Below are positions 31,314 to 40,832 of a stretch of DNA of 64,000 bases, piece after piece (the first letter of the stretch is position 1; the number at the start of each line of letters is the position of its first letter). The notes beneath the pieces are model-generated. The model searched no databases. It saw only the letters and a program-made list of their open reading frames with translations, and was not told the DNA's origin. The stretch lies in the NCBI GenBank assembly GCA_963789955.1, contig CAWBMV010000022.1, positions 160,001 to 224,000 of the forward strand. Reading direction: 5' to 3'. The DNA comes from an uncultured Candidatus Rokubacteria bacterium. Its GTDB lineage: Bacteria > Methylomirabilota > Methylomirabilia > Rokubacteriales > CSP1-6. Both the position numbers and the translations under genes were made by a program.

Positions 31314-31676
31314 TTAGTAGCTGACGCAGGGGCTGCCCTCGGACAGGAACTCCACGAGCTTCGCGCCGCCGACGATCGCGGCACCGGCCACCAGGTTGTT
31401 CTCGTCGAGCTTGCGCTTCTTGAAGCACGGCGAGCAGACGTAGATCGTGCCGCCGGCCTTCGCGAAGTTGTCCATCAGCTCGCGCAGCGGCGCGAACCCC
31501 TCCTCGCGGATGTCGTCGGCGTAGCCCTTCTGGGCGAGGCGCACGCCCTCGACGCTCAGGAACACCAGGGTCTCCTTGCCCGAGCCGACCGCGGCGTTGG
31601 CGACCACGAAGCCCACCGTGGCCTTGTCCTGGTTGTCCTTCGCGTGGGTGAGGCTGACACAGAATCGGTTGGCCAT
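31314..31676 (-). CDS. DsrE/DsrF-like protein
   Basis: KATVGFVVANAA, VFLSVEGVRL, IYVCSPCFKKR. Confidence 0.85.
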   Translation of the reverse strand: MANRFCVSLTHAKDNQDKATVGFVVANAAVGSGKETLVFLSVEGVRLAQKGYADDIREEGFAPLRELMDNFAKAGGTIYVCSPCFKKRKLDENNLVAGAAIVGGAKLVEFLSEGSPCVSY

Positions 31677-31679
31677 GAC

Positions 31680-31925
31680 TCAGTTCTCCTTTCGACGGAT
31701 CTGGTACACGGGATGCTGCTCTGCGATCAACGTGTGGCCGGTCATGCGGCACCAGGCCGGAATATCGGCCCGCGCGCCGGGGTCGCGCGCGGTGAGCTGC
31801 AGGAGCTGCCCCGGTTTCATTGCCTCCATGCGCAGGCGAAGCTCGAGCACGAGATCGCCGCAGCCGAGATCGCCCGCATCCCACTGGGTGTCGGCGGCTC
31901 GCGGAGCCGGCGTACTGGAGGTCAT
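31680..31925 (-). CDS. TusA/SirA-family sulfur carrier
   Basis: WDAGDLGCGDL...DPGARADIPAWCRMTGH. Confidence 0.85.
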   Translation of the reverse strand: MTSSTPAPRAADTQWDAGDLGCGDLVLELRLRMEAMKPGQLLQLTARDPGARADIPAWCRMTGHTLIAEQHPVYQIRRKEN

Positions 31926-32725
31926 GGGTCGCTGCGCTCCCCGTTGCGCTCGTAGATCTGCTCGATCCTTCGTGTGTCCAGGCGCGAGGCCGGCGTGTCC
32001 TCGACGATCCGTCCGTCGCGCAGCGCCACGATGCGATCAGCATACGCCCGTGCGAGGTGCACCTGGTGGAGGCTCGCGACGACTGCCACGCCCGTCGACA
32101 CGGCCGAGCGCAGCGACTCGAGCACCGTCGCCGAGGATTCCGGATCGAGGCTCGCCACCGGCTCGTCGGCCAGGATCACCTTCGCGCGCTGCGCGAGCGC
32201 CCGGGCGATCGCGACGCGCTGCTGCTGGCCGCCCGACAGCTCGTCCGCGCGTGTCCCGGCGCGATCGACGAGGCCGACGGTGTCCAGGCAGCCGAGCGCG
32301 AGCTGCCGGTCGGCGCGTGTGAATCGGTCGCAGGATCACCCGCCACGTCGGCACGTGGGCCAGCCGCCCGACCAGCACGTTTTCGAGTGCGGACAGCCGG
32401 CGGATGAGGTTGAACTGCTGGAAGATCAGCGCGACCTCGCGGCGCGCGAGCTGGAGCTCGCGCGGGCTATGCCAGATGTCGCGCCCGGCGACGGTCACCG
32501 TGCCGCGGTCGGGCCGCGTGAGCCCGGTGAGGCACCGGAACAGCGTGGTCTTGCCGGCACCGCTCGGACCGAGCACGGCCACGAACTCGCCGGGCCGCAC
32601 GGAGAACGAAACGTCGGCGAGGGCGGTGACCGCCGGGGGGATATCGCTTGGTCAGCCCCTCGGCGTGCGCGACCAGGCCGTTGCCGTTGGGCGCTTGAGG
32701 CTATTCGAGCTTCCGTCGCAGCCAT
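31922..32725 (-). CDS. phnC: PhnC-like ABC transporter ATPase; frameshifts
   Basis: GPSGAGKTT, FQQFNLIRRLSALENVL.GRL, LSGGQQQR, LADEPVASLDP, SLHQV. Confidence 0.85.
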
Positions 32726-33516
32726 TCGCTCGTGTGGTCGATGACGGTGACCGTCACCAGGATCAGGAGGATGATCGTCAGCAAGCGCGGGAACAGCAAG
32801 AGATCCATCGAGTTCTTGAGCTCCTGGCCGATGCCGCCCGCGCCCACCACGCCGAGGACCGTCGAGGCGCGGACGTTGAACTCCCACCAGAAGAGCCCGA
32901 CCGACACCATGCTCGGCGCCACGTCCGGCAACAGCGCGTACGCGATCACCTTCACGCGCGAGGCGCCCGTCGCCGCCGCGGCCTCGAGCGGGCCCGGCGG
33001 AATGTTCTCGATCGCCTCCGCCCACAGCTTGGCCGTGCTCCCCCAGGTGTGCAGCGCGATACCGAGCACACCCGCGAACGGTCCCAGACCGACCGCCGCG
33101 ACGAAGAGCAGCGCGAAGACGAACGAGTCGACGCCGCGGAGCGCGTTGAGGAACCAGCGGGCCGGGTAGTAGAGCGCCATGCTCGGCGTCACGTTGCGGG
33201 CCGCCACGACACAGAGCGGAAGCGCGAGCAGCGCTGCCGCCGTCGTGCCGATCGCCGCCATCGCGATCGTCTCGGCGGTGCGGAGCAGCAGCACCGGAAG
33301 CTCGTCGGTGGCGGGCGGCCACGCCTTCGCCGCCCAGCCCGCCATCTTCGGCAGGCCGCTGAGCAGCCGACCCGGGTCGACCTTCGCCAGCTGCCAGCTC
33401 GCGGAATAAAACGCGGCGAGCAGCACGAGCACGAGCACGAAGCGAAGCCGCCGCGCCGACCACCACGACGCGACCGGGTCTGGATACTCGACGGCCCGCT
33501 TCACCGCCGTCGCCAT
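32701..33516 (-). CDS. phnE: PhnE-like ABC permease
   Basis: ETIAMA, GLGPFAGVLGIALH, EFNVRASTVLGVVGAGGIG. Confidence 0.9.
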   Translation of the reverse strand: MATAVKRAVEYPDPVASWWSARRLRFVLVLVLLAAFYSASWQLAKVDPGRLLSGLPKMAGWAAKAWPPATDELPVLLLRTAETIAMAAIGTTAAALLALPLCVVAARNVTPSMALYYPARWFLNALRGVDSFVFALLFVAAVGLGPFAGVLGIALHTWGSTAKLWAEAIENIPPGPLEAAAATGASRVKVIAYALLPDVAPSMVSVGLFWWEFNVRASTVLGVVGAGGIGQELKNSMDLLLFPRLLTIILLILVTVTVIDHTSEWLRRKLE

Positions 33517-34392
33517 CTATTTTTTCTTGAGACGACCGACCAGGATCCCCGCGTCCTCGATCATGCGATAGCTGTCGTGGGTCGCTGCGACGAAGCCGGT
33601 GTAGTGGTTCGGCAGGATCGTCTTCGCCTGCGCGTCGGTGATGCCGACGAGGATCTTCTGGATCCGGCCGGCGAGCGCCCGGTCGAAGTCGCGCGGCACC
33701 GCGATGGCGTCGTTGGGCAGCGGGTCGGAAGTCCAGACGACCTCGGTCGCGTTCTTCTCCAGCTTGCCGCCCTCGATCATCGCATTGCGGTTCCGGTCGA
33801 AGTCGGTCGCGCAGTCGACCTGGCCGCTGGCGACGCCGATCTCGTTCGCGGCGTGCGTGGCGCCGTCGGAGTAGTTGAACAGCTGCTTGGGATCGACGCC
33901 CTGCCGCTTGAACCACGAGGTCGGGATGAGCCAGCCCGAGGTCGAGCCCACGTCGGCGAACGACACGCGCTTGCCCTTGGCGCCGTCCGGCCACTTCGTC
34001 ACGAGCCCCGGCTTGCACACGACGATCGCGTGGTAGATGGGCTTGCCGTCGTACTTGGCGGTCGCGATCGCGCGCACTCCGGAGTCGTCGTTGGCGAGGA
34101 CGTAGCCCCACGGGCCCATCCACGCGAGGTCGACCTGCTTGTTCGCGAGCGCGACCGAGATGCCGGCCCAGTCGGTCGTGGCGGTGAGATCGAAGTCCCG
34201 GCCGAGCTCCTTCGCCAGGTAGGCGAAGAACGGCTCGTAGGCCTTCTTCGTCTCCGACGGCGTCGGCTGCAGAGGGCCGACGCCGAAGCGCAGCTTGCCG
34301 CCCTGCGCGTCGGCGGTGGTCGAGAGCGCGCTCGCGCCGGTCAGCGCGAGACCGAGTATCGAGAGCCCGAGCAACGTTCGTGCGGATCGCAT
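33517..34392 (-). CDS. phnD: Phosphate/phosphite/phosphonate-binding protein, HtxB-like
   Basis: PTPSETKK, DWAGISVA, MGPWGYVLAN, STSGWLIP, DFDRNRN, LPNDAIAVP. Confidence 0.85.
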   Translation of the reverse strand: MRSARTLLGLSILGLALTGASALSTTADAQGGKLRFGVGPLQPTPSETKKAYEPFFAYLAKELGRDFDLTATTDWAGISVALANKQVDLAWMGPWGYVLANDDSGVRAIATAKYDGKPIYHAIVVCKPGLVTKWPDGAKGKRVSFADVGSTSGWLIPTSWFKRQGVDPKQLFNYSDGATHAANEIGVASGQVDCATDFDRNRNAMIEGGKLEKNATEVVWTSDPLPNDAIAVPRDFDRALAGRIQKILVGITDAQAKTILPNHYTGFVAATHDSYRMIEDAGILVGRLKKK

Positions 34393-34471
34393 GGTCGTGG
34401 TCTATCTCCTCTGATGTCGGTGTACTTGGCAGGGACAGCGCCGGAGGTCCCGCCGGGCGACAACAGGGAAG

Positions 34472-34512
34472 CCTATAGGTAAGCTGGCGTTTTGCAAATC
34501 GGGATTCCCGAT
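34472..34512 (-). promoter_or_regulatory. Putative sigma-70 promoter with an abutting palindromic operator
   Basis: Minus strand TTGCAA-N16-TAGGCT; perfect palindrome ATCGGGA-T-TCCCGAT at 34498-34512. Confidence 0.5.
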
Positions 34513-34564
34513 GGGTAGGGCTGGGGGTATCGCCGGGTCGCACGGGACGAACCGACGACTTCAC

Positions 34565-35674
34565 TCAGCCGCGCTTGAGCTCGGGCAGGACCTTCTCGCC
34601 GAAGAGCCGGATGTTCTTCACGGCCAGGGCGTGCGGAAGGGAGCCGAACTGGAAGAGGCCGACGAGGACGCCGACGCCGAGCTCGCGCGCCTGGGCGCGG
34701 ATCTCACGCACGACGTAGTCCGGATCACCCACGATCGACAACCCTTCCTTTTGACACAGGTCGAAGTCGAACTCGTAGAGCGGGAGGTCCTCGGCCTTCT
34801 CGATCCGCGCCGGTCGCGGTGGCGGCGACTGCCCCATCAGGGCCATCGAGCCGCGGTGATAGCTCAGGAGCTTCTGCCAGAAATAGTCGAGGTGCGGCTC
34901 GGCCTCTTCGCGGGCACGCGCGTTCGTCTCGGCGACATACACATGCCGCACCAGGTGGCAGTGCTCTGGGCCCGGCGTCCATCCGTGCTTTCGGGCCAGC
35001 TCGCGGTAGCGATCAAACACGGCGCGCGCCCGGCCGAGCGAGCGATACGCCGAGCCGGTCGGCACGCGGCGGCTCGCCGCGATCTCGAGTCCTTCGTCGC
35101 TGTCAGCCGGCAGGAGAATCGGCGGATGCGGCTGCTGGAGCGGGCGCGGCCAGATCGAGACACGGTCGTAGTCGAAGTACGTGCCGTGCCACGCGAACGG
35201 CTCGCGCTCCGTCCAGGCTTTCACCACGAGATCCCACGCCTCGGTCATGCGGGCGCGCGCGTCGGCCAGCGGGATGCTGTAGGCGAGGAACTCCTGCGGC
35301 ACGCCGCGGACGAAGCCCGAGATGACGCGGCCGCCGGACATGACGTCGAGCATCGCGACTTCCTCGGCGAGCCGAAGCGGGTGCGCGTGCAGCGCCGGCA
35401 GATTGCCGAAGATGCCGATCTTGATGCGCTTGGTCCGCTGGGTGAGCACCGCGGCGATCAGGTTCGGCGACGGCATCAGCCCATAAGGCTTCGCGTGGTG
35501 CTCGTTGATGCAGATCGCGTCGTAGCCGTGCTCTTCGTAGAGCTCCATCTGCCGGAAGTGCTCGTCGTACACCTGCCGGCCGAGCGCCGGATCGTAGAGC
35601 CGATTCGCGTCCGGGTAATAGGAGGCCTCTGCGAGATGCGGCCACGGCATCAGATCGAACGCGTAGACCTGCAT
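34565..35674 (-). CDS. LLM-class flavin-dependent oxidoreductase
   Basis: INEHH, PLRLAEEVAMLD, SIWPRPLQQPHPPI. Confidence 0.9.
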   Translation of the reverse strand: MQVYAFDLMPWPHLAEASYYPDANRLYDPALGRQVYDEHFRQMELYEEHGYDAICINEHHAKPYGLMPSPNLIAAVLTQRTKRIKIGIFGNLPALHAHPLRLAEEVAMLDVMSGGRVISGFVRGVPQEFLAYSIPLADARARMTEAWDLVVKAWTEREPFAWHGTYFDYDRVSIWPRPLQQPHPPILLPADSDEGLEIAASRRVPTGSAYRSLGRARAVFDRYRELARKHGWTPGPEHCHLVRHVYVAETNARAREEAEPHLDYFWQKLLSYHRGSMALMGQSPPPRPARIEKAEDLPLYEFDFDLCQKEGLSIVGDPDYVVREIRAQARELGVGVLVGLFQFGSLPHALAVKNIRLFGEKVLPELKRG

Positions 35675-35833
35675 CCTCAGCTCCCCGCCGGTGGATTGCG
35701 CGGGTGCGCTCCCGCGATGTGGGACACGATCGTGGAGCGTCCGGCCGCTGTCAAGGTGCTGTCCTTGAGCGCGGCGTTACCATCAGGGTGACGAACGCAG
35801 GCCGCGACTCCACTCTCACGAAGGAGGACCCCC

Positions 35834-36311
35834 ATGGCAGGCAAGGCCGAGGCGCTGGCGAAGCAGTATCGAGGCGAAGGTGCAGGAGGCGACCGGGGTG
35901 TTCGATCGCCTGAGCGATGCCGACTGGAAGAAGACGACCTCCGAGAAATGGACGGTCGGCGTCGTGGCGCACCACGTGGCCGGGGGGCACGAGGGGATCA
36001 GCGGGATCATCAAGACCGTCGCGGGCGGTCAGTCCATGCCGAACTTCACGATGGACATGCTCCACGACATGAACGCGAAACACGCCAAGGAGTTCGCGAA
36101 CGTCTCCAAGGCCGAGACGATCGCGTTGCACACGAAGAACGCCGCGGCGGCGGCCGCGGTCGTGCGCGGGCTGAGCGACGCCGATCTCGGCAAGAGCGCG
36201 ACCGTCCTCACCGGGATGCCGCCGATGAGCGTCGAGCAGATCATCCACGGCATTCTTCTCAACCACGTCGAGGAGCACCTCAAGAGCATCCGCGCCGCCG
36301 TCGGCGCCTGA
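35834..36311 (+). CDS. DinB-like protein; frameshift near 35868
   Basis: AAGGAGG RBS; WTVGVVAHH ... HVEEHLKSIR. Confidence 0.65.
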
Positions 36312-36334
36312 GGTACCGCCGGGCGCGGCTCCGG

Positions 36335-37603
36335 CTAGACCGGTAGCCGCGACCGCGCCCGGGCGTCGAGCACGAGCAGACCGAGCGCGATCAGCACGAC
36401 CGCCGCCGAGCTGAACGTCAGCGACCATCGCACGCCGATCAGCGCGCCGAGCACACCGACCGTGAGCCCGCTGCCCGCGCGCAGGCCGAGCATCGACGTG
36501 TTGAAGAGGCCGACCATGCTGCCGCGGAGATGGGCCGGAGCCACCAGCTGGATGATGGTCTGCGCCATCGACGTGAACGCGATGTTGAAGATGCCCGCCA
36601 GGATCAGCAGGGTCACCGCCGCCGGATAGTGCTGCGCGCCCGGAAAGAGGGCCATCAACCCGCCCCAGATCGCGGCGCACACGATCGCGGATCTGCCGCT
36701 GAGCCGGATGAACGTCGAGCTCTCGAGCAGCACCGCGCCGATGACCGCGCCGACCGCGTTGGCAGCGAGCAGCACGCTGTACCAGGCGCCGGCCTCGTCG
36801 GCACCGAGATGGTGCGCGTACTCCGGCATCTGGGCCTGAAACGCGTTGCCGACGAGAAACGATGTGGTCCCCCCCAGCGCGATCATCGAGAGCAGCCGCG
36901 GGTCGGATCGCGCCTCGGCCAGGAGCCGGCGGATCTCGGCGAGCCCGAAGCGGACCGAGCGTCGTCCCTCCGCCTCGCGGCGATGACCCGTGTACGGCAT
37001 GAACAGCAGATAGATCGTGAACGGGGCGTAGATCGCGATGTTGGCCAAGAGGCCGTAGCCGGGGCCGAGCAGGAGCATGAGCCCGCCGCCGACGGCCGGG
37101 CCGAGCAGGATCGCCAGGTAGCGGCTCGTGGCATTGAGCCGGATCGCGCTCGGCAGCCGCTCGGGTCCCACGATGTCGTAGACCAGGAGCTGCGAAGCCG
37201 GCAGGCCGATGACACCGGCGGCGCCGTGGATCAACAATATGACCGTGGCGTGCCAGATCTGGAGACTCCCGGTGAGGAACAGCAGGGCCCACGACAGCGA
37301 CGCGAGCGCGAACAGCCCCTGCGAGATCTGGATGAGCTTGCGGCAATCGTAGCGGTCGGCCAGGGCGCCGGCGTACACCGAGAAGAGCAAGAAGGGCACC
37401 CAGTGGCTGATGACGGCGAACCCGGCCAGCATCGGTGAATGAAAGGCCTGGAAGATGACCCAGTAGCTGATGACGTGCTCGATGTTGTCGGCGGTGGCGC
37501 TCAGGAGCACGAGCGCGAAGTAGCGGCGGTAGTCGCGGTGCTGCAGCGCCCCGAACTTCGTGCCCGGCGGGGGGCCAGGGGCGGCAAGCGGAGATCGAAT
37601 CAC
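36335..37603 (-). CDS. MFS transporter
   Basis: About 12 hydrophobic segments, GALADRYDCRKL motif A. Confidence 0.9.
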   Translation of the reverse strand: MIRSPLAAPGPPPGTKFGALQHRDYRRYFALVLLSATADNIEHVISYWVIFQAFHSPMLAGFAVISHWVPFLLFSVYAGALADRYDCRKLIQISQGLFALASLSWALLFLTGSLQIWHATVILLIHGAAGVIGLPASQLLVYDIVGPERLPSAIRLNATSRYLAILLGPAVGGGLMLLLGPGYGLLANIAIYAPFTIYLLFMPYTGHRREAEGRRSVRFGLAEIRRLLAEARSDPRLLSMIALGGTTSFLVGNAFQAQMPEYAHHLGADEAGAWYSVLLAANAVGAVIGAVLLESSTFIRLSGRSAIVCAAIWGGLMALFPGAQHYPAAVTLLILAGIFNIAFTSMAQTIIQLVAPAHLRGSMVGLFNTSMLGLRAGSGLTVGVLGALIGVRWSLTFSSAAVVLIALGLLVLDARARSRLPV

Positions 37604-37701
37604 CGTGACGATTATAATCCTTGTCGACGTGCGCGCCGCAGGGCCGTCGCGGGGCTGGGGCCCCGCCGGCCGGGGCGCAGCTGAGAGAAAGAGAGGGACC
37701 G

Positions 37702-38992
37702 ATGAAGGGCGTGACGTTGCCGACCGAGACCGTGTTCGTGATGGAGGCGTCGCCGATCAAGTTCGGACTCGGCGCCATGGACGAGATCGCGTACGACGCC
37801 CGGCGGCTCGGGCTCAAGCGCGTGCTGATCGTCACCGACCGCCACATCGGCGAGCTCGGGCTGCCCGATCGTGTTCGCGCCCTCCTCGAAGAGGAAGGCA
37901 TCAAGGCCGACGTCTACGACGGCGTCGAGATCGAGCCCACCGATCGGTCGATGGAAGAGGCCGCGGAGTACGCACGGCAGCGCGAGCTCGACGGGCTCAT
38001 CGCCGTCGGCGGCGGCAGCGCGCTGGACACGTGCAAGGCGGTCAATCTGCTCACGACGTATCCGGCGCCGCTGCTCGACTACATCAATCAGCCGGTCGGG
38101 CGCGGCCGCCCGGTGCCGGGTCCGCTCAAGCCTCTGATCGCGGTCCCGACGACGGCGGGCACCGGCAGCGAGACGACCGCGGTGGCGGTGACCCACGTCC
38201 TGGCGCAGCACGTGAAAGCCGGCGTGTCGAATCGGCTCCTGCGTCCGGCGCTCGGCATCGTCGACCCGCTCAACACGCTCACCGCGCCGCCGGAGGTGAC
38301 GGCCGCCGCGGGCTGCGACATCCTGACGCACGCGATCGAGTCGTACACGACGCGCCCGTACAACGCGCGCGCCAAGCATCATCCGCCCGATCGCCCGGCC
38401 TACATCGGCGCCAACCCGGCGAGCGACATCTGGTGTGAGAAGGCGATCGAGTACGTCGGCCGGTATTTGCGCCGCGCGGTCCTGAGCCCGCTCGACCTCG
38501 ACGCGCGCGTGAACCTGGCGCTGGCCGCCAACTACGCCGGCGTCGGCTTCGGCAACGCCGGAGTCCACATCCCGCACGCGCTCGCGTATCCCATCGCCGG
38601 CCTCGTGCGCGACTACGTGCCGAGCGGCTATCGCACCACCCATGCGCTGGTGCCGCACGGCGTCTCGGTCGTGGTGACGGCGCCGGCGACCTTTCGCTTC
38701 ACATATGCGACGTCGCCGGAGCGGCATCTGCGCGCCGCCGAGCTGATGGGCGTCTCGACCGCGGGACTCTCGGAGCGCGACGCGCGCGAGGCGCTACCGC
38801 GCGCGCTCCAGTCGCTGATGCGCGACGTCGGGATTCCCAACGGTATCAGCGCGCTCGGCTATGGCGAGGGCGACATTCCCGCGCTGGTCGAAGGCACCTT
38901 GAAGCAGCCGAGGCTCTTGAGCGGCGTCTCCGCGAGCCGTAGGCTCCGCCGAGCTCGCCGCGATTCTGCGCGACTCGCTCCGTCTCTGGTAG
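37702..38992 (+). CDS. Hydroxyacid-oxoacid transhydrogenase (Fe-ADH family, ADHFE1-like); frameshift near 38925
   Basis: GGGSALDTCKA, PTTAGTGSETT, HAIESYT, RPAYIGANP, GNAGVHIPH, PHG. Confidence 0.85.
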
Positions 38993-39000
38993 GCCACCGT

Positions 39001-39143
39001 CGGGGTCGGCGGCGGCCAGGCGGGCTGGGTCTTGTCAGCCCTGTGTAGGTACGGTTGCTGTTCGCGACGTGCGAGATTGGTCAGCAGGAGGGTCCGCGCG
39101 CAGGGCTCACGAGACCCAGCCCGCCTGGCCGCCGCCGACCCCG
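39001..39143. repeat. Long inverted repeat (46-bp arms), MITE-like element or bidirectional terminator
   Basis: 39001-39046 versus the reverse complement of 39098-39143: 42/46 identical, first 32 bp perfect. Confidence 0.85.
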
Positions 39144-39145
39144 TG

Positions 39146-40597
39146 CTACGCGTCGTGGCGGATCGGGTAGCTCGGCGGCACGATGTCGTCGAGCGGCTTC
39201 GCGGTCCAGTGCCACTGCGGAATGGCGTGCCACAGCCGTTCGCCCTCTGCTTGCACGTCGCGCAGCAGCGCGTGCTCGTCGATCACGCACGGCTCGGCCA
39301 CCCTCGACGAGCATCTGGCCGTCGACGATGACGGTGTCGACGTCGCGCCCGGCACCGCACTCGACCAGCGCCTTGATCGGATCGTGCACGGCGCCGTAGT
39401 GCAGGTGACGCAGATCGACGACGATGATGTCGGCCTTGGCCCCCGGGGCCAGCCGGCCGAGATCGTCGCGCCCGAGATGGCGCGCGCCGCCGAGCGTGGC
39501 GGCGTCGAAGACGTCCTGCGGGCTGGCCCACGCGGAAGCTGCCGTCGGCCATGCGGCACATCAAGGCGGCCCAGCGCATCTCGTGGATCAGATCTTGCGG
39601 GTACGTGTCGGTGCCGAGCGCGATGTTGATCCCGAGCGCGCGATAGCGCTCGAACGACTCGAACTGCACGCCCATCTTGGCGTACTTGTACGGCGCGTGG
39701 ACGACCGTGACGCCGCTGTCGGCCAGGAGCTTCAGGTCGTCGCGCGTAGGGGTAGTGGCACCAGGAGTGCTCGTTGTGGAATACGCAGTGGCCGAGGCCG
39801 GTGCGCGGCTTCAGGAAGCCGATCGAGTGCAGGAGCTGGATCGGCGTCTGCCCGTGCTGCTCGAGGATGTGGTGGAACTCGCGCTGGTTCATCGCGGCGT
39901 GCAGCTGTATCGGCACGCCGAGGTCGTCGGCCCACGCGCCGGGCCTGCCGCAGGAGATCCGGCGTGCACGTGTCGAGCTGGCCGGGATAGAGCATGGCCT
40001 TGATCCGGCCGTTGTACGCGCCGTCGTGCTCCTTGATGTAGGCGACCGCGCGCTCGAGCCCGGCCACGCCGGCGGCCTCATCCCACTCCCAGACGATGCG
40101 GCTGCCGTCGAAGGCGTAGCTCGCCGAGCGGAACGCCGGCCCCACGTACGCGCGCACGCCTAGCTCGCCCGCGATCTTCGTGAACGCGGCCGGGCCGCCG
40201 GGCATCGTGCCGACGTCCATGATCGTCGTGGCGCCCGCCCGCAGCGCCGACCAGAGACCGTAGGTGCCCGCCACGTCCGCGCGGTCGCCCGCTCGAGGCA
40301 CCGAGGCGCCCCGACGTGGCGCGACGTAGCCGACGAAGTTGCTCCCGAAGTAGTCGGCCTTGAGGCCGTCGAGGAACACGGCTTGCCCCGCGTTGGTGGC
40401 GGCGTGCAGGTGGCAATTGACCAGGCCGGGAGCCACGAGCTTGCCGGTGGCGTCGATACGGCGATCGACGGCCCGTCGAAGCGCGCGCCCACGTGAACGA
40501 CATGGTCGTCCTCGAATACGACGCAGCCATTCGGCCAGAGCTCGTGTCCGCGCCCGTCGTAGCCGACCACCCATCCGCCCTGAATCAGTGTTCGCAT
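39146..40597 (-). CDS. Amidohydrolase (chlorohydrolase/deaminase family); several frameshifts
   Basis: PGLVNCHLH, QLHAA, GHCVF, ALGTD, GAKADIIV, DTVIVDG. Confidence 0.85.
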
Positions 40598-40648
40598 CGT
40601 CGTGACTCTCCGGTGAAAGAAACGTTCATCGGCCGCGCGGCCAGCCGC

Positions 40649-40677
40649 ATGCTAGGCAACGCCGGTCGACGTGTCAA
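40649..40677 (-). promoter_or_regulatory. Sigma-70 promoter for the amidohydrolase
   Basis: TTGACA-N17-TAGCAT. Confidence 0.6.
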
Positions 40678-40691
40678 CGTTTCCGCCGGCG

Positions 40692-40721
40692 TTGACAGAG
40701 ACTCGGGTGCTGCACTACAGT
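40692..40721 (+). promoter_or_regulatory. Sigma-70 promoter for the ferritin-like gene (back-to-back with the previous promoter)
   Basis: TTGACA-N18-TACAGT. Confidence 0.6.
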
Positions 40722-40832
40722 CCGCTTCACTCTGATCGAAGGAGCCCTCGCGTTAGTACGCGCTCACCTCGTCATGGAGCGTGTACCCTTCTGTCCGTGG
40801 ACAGGCCGATCGCGGAAGGACCCGGCATAGGG

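Noticed and set aside
34405..34470. Known SAM or cobalamin riboswitch ahead of the MetE-like operon
   Set aside because: The conserved cores of SAM-I/II/IV and B12 elements are not recognisable. It is kept only as an unclassified hairpin.
32404..34482. Long antisense or alternative-frame ORFs (also 45037-47220, 49286-51268, 60058-62571, 35751-37904)
   Set aside because: They are shadow ORFs of real genes in GC-rich DNA, Arg/Ala/Gly-rich and without recognisable motifs.
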